Origin: the human T2T-CHM13v2.0 reference genome, Homo sapiens
Strand: one strand, 5' to 3'
Assembly: GCF_009914755.1 (NCBI RefSeq)
Contig: NC_060925.1
DNA length: 64,000 nucleotides
The number at the start of each line of letters is the position of its first letter. Positions within the stretch are counted from its first letter, which is position 1. The notes beneath the pieces are model-generated. The model worked only from the letters and a program-made list of their open reading frames with translations. It was not told the origin of the DNA and searched no databases. The position numbers were made by a program, and so were the translations under genes. This document shows, piece by piece, positions 1 to 13,599 of this stretch.

Positions 1-1450
1 TAGGTATTTCTTCTAATTCTATCCCTCCCCGCAAGCCCCCACCCACCGACAGACCCTGGTGTGTGATGTTCCTCTCCCTGTGTCCATGTGTTCTCATTGT
101 TCAACTCCCACTTATAAGTGAGAATATGCGGTGTTTGGTTTTCTGTTTCTGTGTTAGTTTGCTGAGAATGATGGTTTCCAGCTTCATCCATGTCCCTCCA
201 AAGGACATGAACTCATCCTTTTTAATGGCTGCATAGTATTCCATGGTGTGTATGTGCCACATTTTCTTAATCCAGTCTATCATTGATGGGCATTTTGGTT
301 GGTTCCAAGTCTTTGCTATTGTGAGCAGTGCTGCAATAAACATAATGTGTGCATGTGTCTTTATAGCAGCATGATTTATAATCCTTTGGTTATATACCCA
401 GTAATGGGATTGCTGGGTCAAATGGTATTTCTGGTTCTAGATTCTTGAGGAATTGTCATACTTCTACAATGGTTGAACTAATTTATACTTCCACCAACAG
501 TGTAAAAGTGCTTCTATTTCTCCACATCCTCTCCAGCACCTGTTGTTTGCTGACTTTTTAATGATCGCCATTCTAACTGGCATGAGATGGTATCTCATTG
601 TGGTTTTGATTTGCATTTCTCTAATGACCAGTGATGATGATCTTTTTTTCATATGTTTGTTGCCTGCATAAATGTCTTCTTTCGAGAAGTTTCTGTTCAT
701 ATCCTTTGCCCACATTTTGATGGGGTTGTTGGTTTTTTTTTTTCTTGTAAACTTGTTTAAATTATTTGTAGATTCTGTATATTATCCCTTTGTCAGATGG
801 ATAGATTGCAAAAATTTTCTCCCATTCTGTAGGTTGCCTGTTCACTCTGATGATAGTTTCTTTTGCTGTGCAGGAGCTCTTTAGTTTAATTAGATCCCAT
901 TTGTGAATTTTGGCTTTTGTTGCCATTGCTTTTGGTGTTTTAGTCCTGAAGTCTTTGTGCATGTCCTGAATGGTATTGCTTAGGTTTTATTTAGGGTTTT
1001 TAGGTTTTAGGTCTTATGTTTAAGTCTTTAATCCATCTTGAGTTAATTTTTGTATAAGGTATAAGGAAGGGGTCCGGCTTCAGTTTTCTGCATATGGCTA
1101 GCCAGTTTTCCCAATACTATTTATTAAATAGGGACTCCTGTACCCATTGCTTGTTTTTGTCAGGTTTGTCAAAGATCAGATGGTTGTAGATGTGTGGTGT
1201 TATTTCTGAGGCCTCTATTCTGTTCCATCGGTCTATATAGCTGTTTTGGTTGCTATAGCCTTGTAGTATGGTTTGAAGTCAGGTAGCATAATGCCTCCAG
1301 CTTTGTTCTTTTTGGTTAGGATTGTCTTGGCTGTGCAGGCTCTTTTTTGGTTCCATATGAAGTTTAAAGTAGTTTTTTCTAATTCTTTGAAGAAAGTCAG
1401 TGCCCAAAGTAACTTACTGATTCAATGCTATCCCTATCAAGCTACCATTG
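1..1450 (-). mobile_element. L1PA (about PA6-PA8) 3' fragment, 5'-truncated, with a terminal ~50-bp inverted segment (1400-1450)
   Basis: Minus-strand ORFs match the L1 ORF2p C-terminus (KTWNQPKCPSMIDWIKKMWHI; [31 protein letters not shown]). The 3' end runs off the window start. Confidence 0.95.
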
Positions 1451-2149
1451 TTATCACTAACTCTTACTGAAATCCTATAAGGTTGTCCCATCTACAGATG
1501 GAAAACTGTGGCTTAGTTTAGAAAGATTATCTTGCTGAAGACCATAGATCTAGAAAAAGTTTGGAGATTTAAAGCCAGGTGTGTTTGATTTAGGTTCTTT
1601 TCATGACACCACATGATCTTTGGAGGTTGAAGTCATAGAGAGCCACTTGCTATGACAGAGAGGAATCAACTAGAAGTTTACATATTCTCTTATTGGGTGC
1701 TTAGCATATGCCAGGCTTTGCGCCAAGCACCTAAGCTACAGCCATTGTGGACCAACAAATCTTTCCCTCAAAAACCTACTGTCTAGTCCTTCTGACACTG
1801 AAATCAAAGCTGCTTTTAGCCCACTGCCTATGAGAACATTTCTGACATATCTATTTATTTTGACTAAAAATGGTGCATAATCAGGCCATATTTCTGAAAA
1901 TGTTAATTAGGAAAGCAATTTTCTGTTTTCATTAAGGACAAGTGTCTTGGGTGAGGAGAGGGAAGAATAAAAGTTAATATTTGGTGAAACACTGGGCCAC
2001 ACTAACCATCACATTAACCACGGGAAGAAAGTCAGCTTTGGGGTTTTAAGTGTTTAGAGGTCTCTTATTAAAAAAAAAAAAAAGTTTATTTGAAGTTGCT
2101 ATGGTTACATTTTATTCATAAAGGTAAAACAACTGAAAAAGTGGCCTAG

Positions 2150-2375
2150 AGAAATAATAATAAAGTCATGAGCCAACATTTGCCAAGTGCTCGCTGCATG
2201 CTCGGCACCACAACACATGCCTACATGTGTCATTTAATGTAATCCTCACGACAACCCCAGCAGATAGCCTTATAATTCTCATTTTACAGAGCAGAGTAAG
2301 GCACAGACAAGTACAGTTAACATGCCCAAGGTCCAACAGAAGAATGGGAATTTGAACCTAGGTAGTTTATGATCC
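2150..2375 (-). mobile_element. MIR fragment
   Basis: MIR core-like text aatcctcacgacaacccc...ctcattttacaga...catgcccaaggtc...gggaatttgaacctagg. Confidence 0.6.
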
Positions 2376-3905
2376 AGGTAGATTAAATTCATTTAACAAT
2401 TGCTCATTTGTCCCTTTATTTTGCTCATCTAAACACAGTATAGCACTCATTTCACTTAATTCAACAGAGAGTTTTGCTTCAAGCCTTCTAAAGTGTCATA
2501 ATTACTCATTGTTATCACAAAACATGTATTTAGAACCAACCACATGCCAGGCCTCATACTAGCTGACCAATATACACAGTGTTTGGCAAAAGCTAAGGTA
2601 ATGTTTATCTTTTAGGTTTGTGTTTTATGTAAGTCCCTACAATGTTATATCTTCTCATAATCTTTCTGCAGAAAATTACAAGCTGGCTGCAGAATAGCAA
2701 TGAGTTATTCTTTTCTATTCTTTTGTGTAAGACATAATTCACGTTATGGAAAGGTCTGATTTCATAAACCTATGATTAGGTGAGGTAACATACAAACATG
2801 TAGATTCATTCAGGGTCTAGTTTTTACAGCTTTCTAAAGTCCATATGAGAACTCCAGTGTGTCTTCCTTTAAAAAATATATACCTTGTTTTTGGAAGATG
2901 ATCTAGGGGGTAAGGTAAGATTGAGGTCACAGGAAACAAGGGTCCATGATAATTCAGTGCAAGGCGTTAGTTATTGTGGTTGTTGGCAGTCAGAGAGTGG
3001 TTAAGTGATGACCGTTGCAGCATCCTTCCTCTGGCAGCAGCAGGAGCTGGGTGACGCTGAGCTGCCTGTTTCCAGGCCACTCACTGTGGCTTTGATGTGC
3101 TGTGTCTGCAACTCATTCCCCAGTTCTGTTCTCCAGCATTTCATTGTCAGCCACGGCCAGGGTACCCCGCCGCCTCTCACTTCCATCACACAGCCAGCCC
3201 CAGGCAGACTGTTTTTAAAAACATAAGCCAGTCTTGCTTCTCTGCAGATGGAATGTTTTACGTGAGAAATAATCCAGCTGAGTGTTTGCTCCACAGTTTG
3301 AATAAGAATGAACTGGCCAGTGGCTTAGTAGGGATTCAGGTCAGGAATGTGTTCTGCTGTCAGAAGGGGAAGTTAATGGTGGAAATTTGTAAACTGCTGT
3401 TGTTGGGTTGACATAATATGTATGGTCTAGTAGGATTAGAAGTTGATTCTAGAGTTAGACACAGGTTGAAGTCCTGGTGTTGCTTTTCAGTAGCCACCCC
3501 TTGTGAGCCTCAGTTTTCCTTCCATGAAACTGAGGAAAAACTTGATGCAAGAAGTGAAGAGAGAATGCAGGTACAGTGTTTAACATATTGCCCGACAAAT
3601 GCTCAGTTAATGCTGTCTATTTTTTTTTTTTTTTTTGGTCATTTTGGTCTTTATTTTATGGTAAAGGGAAAGCAACCCACTGTTTTTAAATCTTCCGCAA
3701 AAGCATGGTTACCAACGGCCTAGAAAATGACAAATAGTGTTAACTCCTTCATATCAATACCCTTTCCACTAATATTGTTTCAAGTGGAGCCAGTATGATT
3801 ATGCTTTGATTTGCTAGCATGATTAAGCATATAACAGTGTAAGAGTCAACTAACTGATGACTTTATAAGGGAAGGCTCCATTCTTATTTTAAATTTCCTA
3901 TCTTC

Positions 3906-4200
3906 TTTTTTTATTTTTTTGAGACAATATCTCACTCTGTCACCCAGACTGGAGTGTAGTGGCTGTCGTAGCTCACTGCAGCTTCAGCCTCCTGGGCTCA
4001 AGCATCCTCCCATCTCAGCCTCCCAAGTACCTGGTACTCAGGCATGCACCACCATGCCTGGCTAATTTTTAAAAAATTTCTTGTAGAGACAGGGTCTCAC
4101 TATGTTTCCCAGGCTGGTCTCAAACTCCAGGGCTCAAGCAATCCTCTTGCCTCGACCTCCCAAAGTGCTGGGATGATAGGCATGAGCCACTGCACTTGGA
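3906..4200 (-). mobile_element. Alu (AluJ-type)
   Basis: Poly-T then gagacaatatctcactctgtcacccagactggagtg...gggctcaagc...cccaaagtgctgggatgataggcatgagccac. Confidence 0.92.
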
Positions 4201-4391
4201 CTGTCTTTGTAATTTTATCAGATTTACTTTAAATGCTTTGTCGTTTTAGTGACAGAAACATGTGCATTCATGCTTATTTTACTCTCTTGGTGTAATTTTC
4301 TTATATACAGCCCCTCTTTAGCCCTAACAGTACTTTCTGATTAAGTTTTCTTTTGTCTGGAATTAATATTGAAGCATCAGTTTTCTTTTCT

Positions 4392-4740
4392 GTGCAATGG
4401 AATAAACTAGTGATACACATAACATGGATGAATCTCAAAAAACATTAAGCAGAGTGAAGGAAGCCAGACACAAAGATTACATGCAGTCTAAAAGCATTTT
4501 TTAAAAGACTCTTGAAAAAATAAATCTAATTTATAGTGACAGAAAGCAGAGCAGTGGTTACTTGGGGCCAAGGGTGGGGTGGGGAAATTGACTGGGGAAG
4601 GAATAAAGGAAACCTTTCGTGGTGACAGAAATGTTCTGTATCTTGATTGTGGTGGTAGTTACAAGAGTGCGATCAAACAGTGTTCTTAAAATGGCTGTAC
4701 TTTATTGTATATAAAGCATGTTGCAGTAAAGTTAAATAAC
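4392..4740 (+). mobile_element. Old L1M (L1MC/L1ME-type) 3' UTR fragment within degenerate minus-strand L1M sequence
   Basis: acatggatgaatctcaaaaaacattaagcagagtgaaggaagccagacacaaag...gaaatgttctgtatcttgattgtggtggtagttac. Confidence 0.75.
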
Positions 4741-5687
4741 AAAATTCTGATCGGATGGTTTCTGTCTTTTTTACAACATGGGTTTATTTAGCCTTAATTA
4801 TTAACAACAGTTGCATACTCAAAGATTTCTAGATTGATAGCTATTTTCCCTCAACATTTAAAATACATTATTCTATTATCTACCTATTATTGCTGAGAAG
4901 ACGGTCAGTTCCATTGTTACCGTGTCTTATTTTCTTCTCCCCGGAGCTTTGTTTACTTCTTGTTTTGGATGTTGTGCATTTTCAGTAAGATGTGTCTTGT
5001 TGTGTATTTGTATTTTTATTTATTTTGCTTAAATTTTGCTATGATTTATTACTAAATATAATGACTTCTTTCTTTAATTGTGGAAAGCTTTCAGACACTC
5101 TCTTTGGATATTGGTTCTCCAATCTCTCCATTCCTTCCTTTAGGAATTCCTATTAGATGTATGAATTAGACTCTTATTTTAACCTTTTAGTATCTTAATA
5201 TCCCTTAGATATTTCATGTTTTTAATATCTCTTTTATTTGTGCTGCACTTGTGCTAAAATAATTTCCCTAGGTCTATCTTACATTTCATTAATTCTTTGT
5301 CACCTGTGTTGGGATTTCTATTTCAATGAGTATACTTTTTGTCACTATGATTTCAATTTCATCCTTTTCAAGCATGCCTATGTGTTTTTTAATATTTTCT
5401 ACCTTTAGCTCTTTGGACATGTTAATCATGTTTATTTCTAAATCTCTTTCATTTTCTTCCATTATTCCAGGTGATGGTGTGCCAGTTCTGCTCTCTGCTG
5501 TATCTGTGTCCTGTTTCCTTATGTCGTTTGTAATTTTTGATCACAAGCACATTTTCAACAAGGTTTGTTTACCATGGGACCCCCATGAGGCCTGAACTAC
5601 AGAAGTGGTTTGGGGTTTGCCTCTGCCAGGTCCCTGGAGGTTTCATTGGCCTTAGATTAATTTTTATGTTAAACTTCTGTGGTAAAT

Positions 5688-6260
5688 TGTGTTTCTGGAG
5701 AAGACCACAACAATAGACCCTCTCCCAATAGCTCTTTTGTAATGTGATCTTGCCACTCCTCCATCAAGAGGTGGAGTTTATGATCCCTTCCCCTGATTCT
5801 GAGCTGCCTGTGACTGACTTTGATTGACAGAATGTGGCAGAAATGACACTGCATCACTTCCAAGACTGGCCTTATGAGACTCCCAACTTTTGCTTTCACT
5901 ACTTGGAGAGCTCCCTTTTGGAGGCCAGTCATCGTGTTAGAAGCATAACTAACTGGAGACCACTATGTGGTGGAGAAGCTCATGCTGTCTACATATAGAG
6001 GGAAATGGCATATCAATGAATTAAACATGAAAGTGAAGATTTCTTGGCCCTCTCCATCTTACTCAGCTCATTGGAGCCACCAGCTGAAAGCAAGGGAGTG
6101 AATGAGCCCAGCCCCGAGTGGAGCAGAAGGAGCCCAACCAGCGAAGCCCAGCCTGAATTCCTGACTAACAGGTGATGAGCAAGTAGTTTGAATCCACCAC
6201 CTAGCCTTGAGATTCCGATTCTTGCAGTCGATCCTTTTCCACTCATTGTGTAGGCAGTTG
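5688..6260 (+). mobile_element. MaLR MLT1-family LTR (degenerate)
   Basis: ttgccactcctccatcaagaggtggagt...gacagaatgtggcagaaatgacactgcatcacttccaag...cccagcctgaattcctgact is typical of MLT1F/G/H. Confidence 0.7.
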
Positions 6261-6570
6261 GGAACATGTCTTCTCATTTCATTACTCTAGTGGGGGAAAC
6301 TTTTCAAGTGTTTCACTGGGGCCCTTTCCAGTCAGATTAGTTTACTGCAATGACTAGAAATGCATCTTCACTCATGATGGCCCAGGTTAATTCTTGACCC
6401 CTCTGGCACAACTGTCTCTCATCATCATAAAGAAGCATAACATATATAACTATTCCCTCTCTTATGCCACCCCTCTCCTCACAAACATGTAGTGGTTTCC
6501 AATTTTCTATGAAATAAAACTCTTGTTTTTCAGTTCCAGATATTTTTATCTAATGAAAGGCCCACATTTC

Positions 6571-6715
6571 TTATTTATGTATCTATTTATTTATTTATAA
6601 GAGATGGGATCTCACTATGTTGCCCATCTGGTCTTGAACTCTTGGCCTCCAGTGATCCTCCCACCTTGGCCTCCTAAAATGTTGGAATTATAGGTGTGAG
6701 CCATCGCATCCAACA
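6571..6715 (-). mobile_element. Alu monomer (FLAM-like)
   Basis: (TTTA)n tail, then gagatgggatctcactatgttgccc...ggtgtgagccatcgc; single arm only. Confidence 0.85.
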
Positions 6716-7049
6716 AAATCCCCACTTTTCTTATCTCACTGGTCTACATATCTGTTTCTCAGTCAACCTGAACTATCTCTTCTTACTCTATGTACCCCAC
6801 TCCATATCCTGTCTCCATAATTTTACTCTCATTATTCTCTTTGCATGAGATACCCAAAGCTCTGGTGTTCACATGTAGATAGATCTAACCTATCTTTCAA
6901 ACCCCACTAAATCACCTCCTCCACTATAAAGCCTTTTTTGGTAACCCAAGCTATAATGTCTCCCTCCTTTGAAGCCCAGTAATATTTTTTACCTGTCAAT
7001 GTCTTATGATTTCTACCTTCTCAGATTTTTAAAGCATAGTGGTTTAGAA

Positions 7050-7272
7050 TAGAAGTTGACAAATTACAGTCCAAATTACTGACCAAATCCAGCCCACTAT
7101 CTGTTTAGGAGAAATAAAGTTTTATTGGAACACAGTCACGCTCATTCATTAAGATACTGTCTATGGTTACTTTTGCACTACAATGGCAGAGTTGATTCTT
7201 CGTAAGGGAGACCAGCAAAGCTTAAAATATTTGTTGTCTGGCCTTTTACAGAAAAAAGATTGCTGATCCTTG
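7050..7272. mobile_element. MER58A-like hAT-Charlie MITE
   Basis: aataaagttttattggaacacagtcacgctcattc...gcactacaatggcagagttg...ggccttttacagaaaaa. Confidence 0.8.
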
Positions 7273-7307
7273 ATTTAGAGCATGAAAATTGGATTTTGTA
7301 TTACACC

Positions 7308-7310
<3 letters not shown>

Positions 7311-7352
<42 letters not shown>
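7311..7352. repeat. (AT)21 microsatellite at the L1 tail position
   Basis: Perfect AT dinucleotide run. Confidence 0.97.
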
Positions 7353-7355
<3 letters not shown>

Positions 7356-7879
7356 ATTTTACTGTAAGTTCTGGGATACATGTGCAGAATGTGCGGGTTT
7401 GTTACATAGGTATACATGTGCCATGGTGGTTTGCTGCAACTATCAACCCGTCATCCAGGTTTTAAGTTCTGCATGTATGTATTTGTCCTGATGCTCTCCC
7501 TCCCCTTGCTTCCCACCCTGCGACAGGCCCCAGTGTGTGATGTTCCCCTCCCTGTGTCCATGTGTTCTCGTTGTTCAACTCCCACTTATGAGTGAGAACA
7601 TGCAGTGTTTGGTTTTCTGTTCCTGTGTTAGTTTGCTGAGAACGATGGCTTCCAGCTTCATCCGTGTCCCTGCAAAGGACATGAACTCATTGTTTTTTAT
7701 GGCTGCATAGTATTCCACGGTGTATATGTGCCACATTTTCTTTATCCAGTCTAACATTGATGGGCATTTGGGTTGGTTCCAAGTCTTTGCTATTGTAAAT
7801 AGTGCTGCAATTAACATATGTGTGCATGTGTCTTTATAGTAGAATGATTTATAATCCTTTGGGTATATACCCAGTAATG
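7353..7879 (-). mobile_element. L1PA 3' end, 5'-truncated (~0.5 kb)
   Basis: L1PA 3' UTR (ctgggatacatgtgcagaatgtgcggg...) and ORF2 C-terminus; candidate TSD ttacaccttaatat (7301-7314) / ttaccccttgatat (7880-7893). Confidence 0.93.
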
Positions 7880-8093
7880 TTACCCCTTGATATTTACCAG
7901 CTGTATGATTCACAGCTTGCTGTGAAGGCCAAGTGACAGAATATGAATGCACTCTTTTGGAATCTATAAAGTATAAATGTAGAGTGTTACTATTGCTATT
8001 ACTTTTGCCTAACTCAAAGTGTGTTATGGTTTGCCTCTAACTGAGTAAACAGTTCTTATAAGGAAATGGAAAGAAAGTAGAAACAGGATGGTG

Positions 8094-8872
8094 TCAGTGA
8101 GATACCACCTTATTCCTGCAAGAATAACCATTATCAAAAAATAAAAATAATAATAGATGTTGGCAGGGATGTGATGAAAAGGAAATGCTTTTAGACTGCT
8201 GTGGGAACGTAAACTAGTACAACCACGGTGGAAAACAGTGTGGGGATTCCTTAAAGAACTACAAGTAAAACTACCATTTGATCCAGCAATCCCACTACTG
8301 GGTATCTACCCAGAGGAAAATAAGTTATTATACAAAAAAGATACTTGCACACGAATGTCTATAGCAGCACAATTTGCAATTGCAAAAATATGGAACCAGC
8401 CCAAATGCCCATCAATCAATGAGTGGATAAAGAAATTGTTTTATATATATATATATGCACACACACGCACAAATACACACACCCACATATATATATATAT
8501 ATACACACACACACCATAGAATACTACTCAGCCATAAAAAAAAATAATGGCATTCACAGCAACTTGGAATGGAACTGGAGACCATTATTCGAAGTGAAGT
8601 AACTCAAGGATGGAAAACCAAACATCATATGTTCTCACTCACAAGTGGGAGTTAAGCCATGAGGATGCAAAGGCATACAAATGATACAATGGACTTTGGG
8701 GACTCGGAGAAAAGGGTGGGAGGGGGTAAGGATAAAAGACTACACACTGAGCACAGTATACACTGCTTGGGTGTTGGGTGCACCAAAATCTCAGAAATCA
8801 CCACTAAGGAACTTATTCATGTGACCAAACACCACCTGTTCCCCAAAAAACCTATATAAATAAAAAAGAAAA
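8094..8872 (+). mobile_element. L1PB-like 3' end, 5'-truncated
   Basis: ORF2 C-terminus (LPFDPAIPLLGIYPEE...KDTCTR...WNQPKCPSINEWIKK); L1PB-type 3' end aaatcaccactaaggaacttattcatgtgaccaaacaccacctgttcccc; TSD agaaacagg(a/g)tggtg at 8079-8093 and 8873-8887. Confidence 0.9.
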
Positions 8873-10456
8873 AGAAACAGGGTGGTGCTATGTTGGGTAT
8901 TATTGCATTCTTTCTATAACAGTGTATAGATATGTGTGCACAAGCAACGTGATCTAGATAGAAGCTTCAGTAAACAGAGACCTATATTAAACTTAGAGAA
9001 ACAGAGAAAAATTTTCCCTTGTAAGCTCTGATGTGGAACAATGTGGCCACAGTATAGACACAGGTTAGTGTGTACCAGCACATCTTTGGTACATATCTTT
9101 GCTGTGTAAAATGTCCACCTGAAGATGAGATTTCAAAAGTGAAAAAGTTGACATTGTCCTTTCTATCTTGAAATAATCTCTCAGCTTTTGTGTTTTTGTA
9201 GAGGCAGATTTTTGAACATGGAATGTCAAAGATGATTTCTCAGTGTGGATAAAATAAATGAGAGGCCATTGTTAAAAACAAAAAATGAGGCCAACTCCAC
9301 ACTGACAGCTCAGAGATGGTGGTTAAGAAAGCCCTGTTTCTAACCAAATCCCACAGCCAGTAGTAGTTTAAAAGAAGTAATGTATGTCCCATCAGGAAAT
9401 TTTGCTTCTACATCTCTTCTGGGATGTTATTAAATTTTCTTCTAGGAAGGAGACCAGTAAGCTACAAATTGTTTTCTCTACTGTTTGTGCAGTGAAAGCA
9501 GCGGGTGGGAGGGGAGTGTTTAAGGAGTCTGGCATTCTGTGGGGCATCAGGGCCTCTTTAATTAGAGGAAAGCTGTCAGGGAAGATGGACAGTGTTCCCT
9601 TTGTTAGGGCAACACAGTGTCATTCAAAATCATATTTGTTTTTAAACTCGGTGTATTTGCACACAACCACAATGAGATACACAGTTTAGATGATGCATGA
9701 GAATTTTGATAGGAGATGTTTGCTTTCAAAAATAAAACAAATAGTGACACAGGCTTTTGAAAACCAAGAGTTGCAATGAGAGTGCTGTGAAAAGTTCACT
9801 CTAACTTTGAAATTTGCTGGTAAATGGGTTATATCAGCCTGAGGGGAACTATAACACACATGGATACTTTGAATATGAAAATGGAATAAAAACTGTTCTG
9901 TCAGTAGAAGTAAATTTTACAACACTGAACCCTTTGTTGCTTTTTTTCTTTCTTAGGCATCTTCAACTCTAAGTAAATTCATACAACAATAAAATGATAT
10001 AAATTGTTAAAACTTTTCAATTTCTAGGACTTTCGTTGACTTGGGCAAGATTAAGAGGAGAGGTTAGTGTCTGCATATCTTAGTGATGATATTCACATCA
10101 TCCAGGAAATTTTATTTTCCAGAACAAATTGACTATTATGGCTAATCAATAGTGTACTGATACCTTAATGAAGCGTTTCCTTTAAGAGAAGTGACCTAGG
10201 GTGGAACCTGTTGTTGACATTTGTCCCAGGTCACTGGTATATAAAATGCCCTGTGTTGTGCTTACTTTTTTATGTTGTTTTATTATAAGCAATCCTGGAT
10301 TACCCAATAGGCAAGCTACACATTCCAAAAGTATCAATAAAATAGGAGCATGAAAAAAGAAACAACTAGGGTTGCTCAAGAAATTGATATATAAACATCA
10401 AAGTAATTTTCATGAAAGACAAAAATGAGACTCTATTGGACTTTGTTATAGCTGCT

Positions 10457-10819
10457 AGTCAGGCACCACATAATGATGTTTTGATCAATGATAGGCCACA
10501 TATACAACAGTGGCTCCATAAGATTATAATGGAGCTGCACTGTATAGATGTATCATTTTTCCTTTATACCATATTTTTACTGTAGTTTTCTATGTTTAGA
10601 TACCCAAATACTTACAATTATATTACAACTGCTTACAGTATTCGATAGAGTAACATTCTATAGGGGTTTGTGGCTAGGAGCAGTAAGCTGTATCATAAGC
10701 CTAGATGTGTAGTGGGCTATACCATCTATGTTTGTGCAAGTACACTTTATGATGTTTGCACAATCATGAAATTACCTAATGATGAATTTCTCAGAACATA
10801 TCCCTGTCGGTAATGACTA
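10457..10819 (+). mobile_element. Tigger3 (Golem)-derived MITE
   Basis: agtcaggcaccacataatgatgttt...ccataagattataat...tttctcagaacatatccctgtc...atgact; resembles the copy at 41506. Confidence 0.8.
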
Positions 10820-12369
10820 TATGAATTTTAGCAAGGTTTCTATGCTAAATCATACATTGGGGGAGGGAACACCAGAAAATTTTCAATGCTTAGGCCTTTA
10901 AAAGTCATAATCAGGCCTGATTACATGTCACATCATAATTTTGTTGTATCATAGTAGGCTTTTTAGAGAAAATCAAAGAAAAGACACAGCCCCATAGACT
11001 CCACAAGGAGCCTACACAAGCATAAGAAATATACCCAGGAAACAATTAGAGACCTAATCAGTTTATAATTTAGTTATAATTGTGTTTGTTTGATGTTTTA
11101 TTTGGTTTGACTATGTTGTTAACTCTCATGTTGACAGAGTACTTTATTAAATTGTCAAATACCCATTTGTTTGAAATATGGGTAATTTGCAGTTACTGAT
11201 TTACATGCTGTGAGACATGACCCACCACACTGCAGGTAGATGATCAGAGAGTATCTCTCCATAGTTGAAGTTTGCCCAGCTATAGCCCAGTAGACTAATG
11301 ACTGTGGAAGTGAGCTGCATGGAACTCAACTAACTGGAGCCTTCAAATAATTGGATTTTTTCCTCTTGTACTATTTTTTCTGTTTAAAAAAGAAGCAATG
11401 CCATGACAATAACCCAGATAAGTTTTTTTAAAGTGGGGTTCCTAATTGTGGTTCTGGAGCAGTACATATTAAGCCCAATTTCCTGGCCCGCTTCCATCTA
11501 CAGTTCTGCTTAGTGAAAACTATTATTGCTAAGGATGATGCTGGAAAACCCCAACTTTTAAAGAAGTATTACTTTTGTTTGCAATATTGAAATGAAGTAG
11601 ACAAACAGATTCAGAAACATTTTTTAACCATAAGAATTGAGGCAGAAATTTTCTATGTAACTCTAGTTCATTTTACTGAAACCACAGTTTTATTTATTCA
11701 GCTCTACTTCTATCATTGAGGTAATTAAGTTTCATTGTGTCTGGCCTGACATCTTTCTTAGAATATCCAAGGATGGCAGCATTTCGAAGTAGGCCTACCA
11801 AAGACACTCATCCACAAAGCCATGTACGTGCCCAAAAAGTGTTTTCCCGGGGGAAATCTCTATTCCCTCCTTGGAAAATTTCACTGAGTTGAAATAACCT
11901 TGAGGCCAAATTGCTGGTCTAAGGAAAAATTATAAAGTGTGTGGAGAGAGCCCAACATCTGGTGAGGACCTACTATTTGCCTATTGTTTTATCTACATTA
12001 CTTCATTTAATTCTGTAAACCAAAAAGTATCCGAGACACATCTCAATCAATTTAAAAGTTTATTTTGCCAAGGCTAAGGACATGCCCATGACACAGCCTC
12101 GGGAGGTCCTGATGACATGTGCCCAGGGTGGTTGGGCTACAGCTTGATTTTACACATTTTAGGGAGACATAAGAAATCAATCAGTACATATAAGATGTAA
12201 ATTGATTCAGTCCAGAAAGGTGGGACAACTCGAAAGATGGCGGTGGGCTCCAGGTCATAGATGGATTCAAAGATTTTCCAAATGTCAACTGATTAAAAGA
12301 GTTCATCTAAAGATCTGGAATCCATAGAAAGGAGTGTCTGGGTTAAGATAAGTGGTTGTGGAGACCTAG

Positions 12370-12677
<308 letters not shown>

Positions 12678-12891
12678 GACCTAGGTTCTTATTATATAGA
12701 TAAAGCTTCCTGGTAGCAGGCTTCAGAGAGAATAGATTGTGTAAGTGTTTCTTATCAGACTTAAAAAGATGCCAGACTCAAGTAATTCTCTACTGGATGG
12801 AGGAAAAGACCTGGAAAGGGAAAGGAGTTCTCTACAGAATGTAGACTTTCCCCATAACAGCTTTGCAGGGCATTTCAAAACATGTCCAAGA

Positions 12892-13240
<349 letters not shown>

Positions 13241-13599
13241 CTATCTGTCATGTGATGCTATATTAAAGTCAGGCTGGAATTTGCTGTCATTGCTACAAGA
13301 CGTCTTAAGATCTCTGTTTTGGTGTTAATGCTGGTCAGCTATGCCTGGATCCCAAAGGGAGGAGGGTATAATGAGGCATGTCCAGCTCCCTCTTCCCGTC
13401 ATGGCCTGCACTAGTTTTTCAGGTTAATTAAGAAAGCCTTTGGCTAAGAGGAGGGGTGTATTCAATTGGTCGGTCGGTGGGCGGGGGGGGGCGCTTAGAA
13501 TTTTATTTTAGGCTTACATTCCTCACAAAACTTCTAGGTATATTTGCATTCTTATTATCTTCATTTTTCCAGATAAGAAAGCTGCAGCTGTATTTTTCC

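Noticed and set aside
101-962. Minus-strand ORFs with clear protein similarity (also 7575-7952 and 8238-8519)
   Set aside because: These are frameshifted L1 ORF2p C-terminal remnants, not genes.
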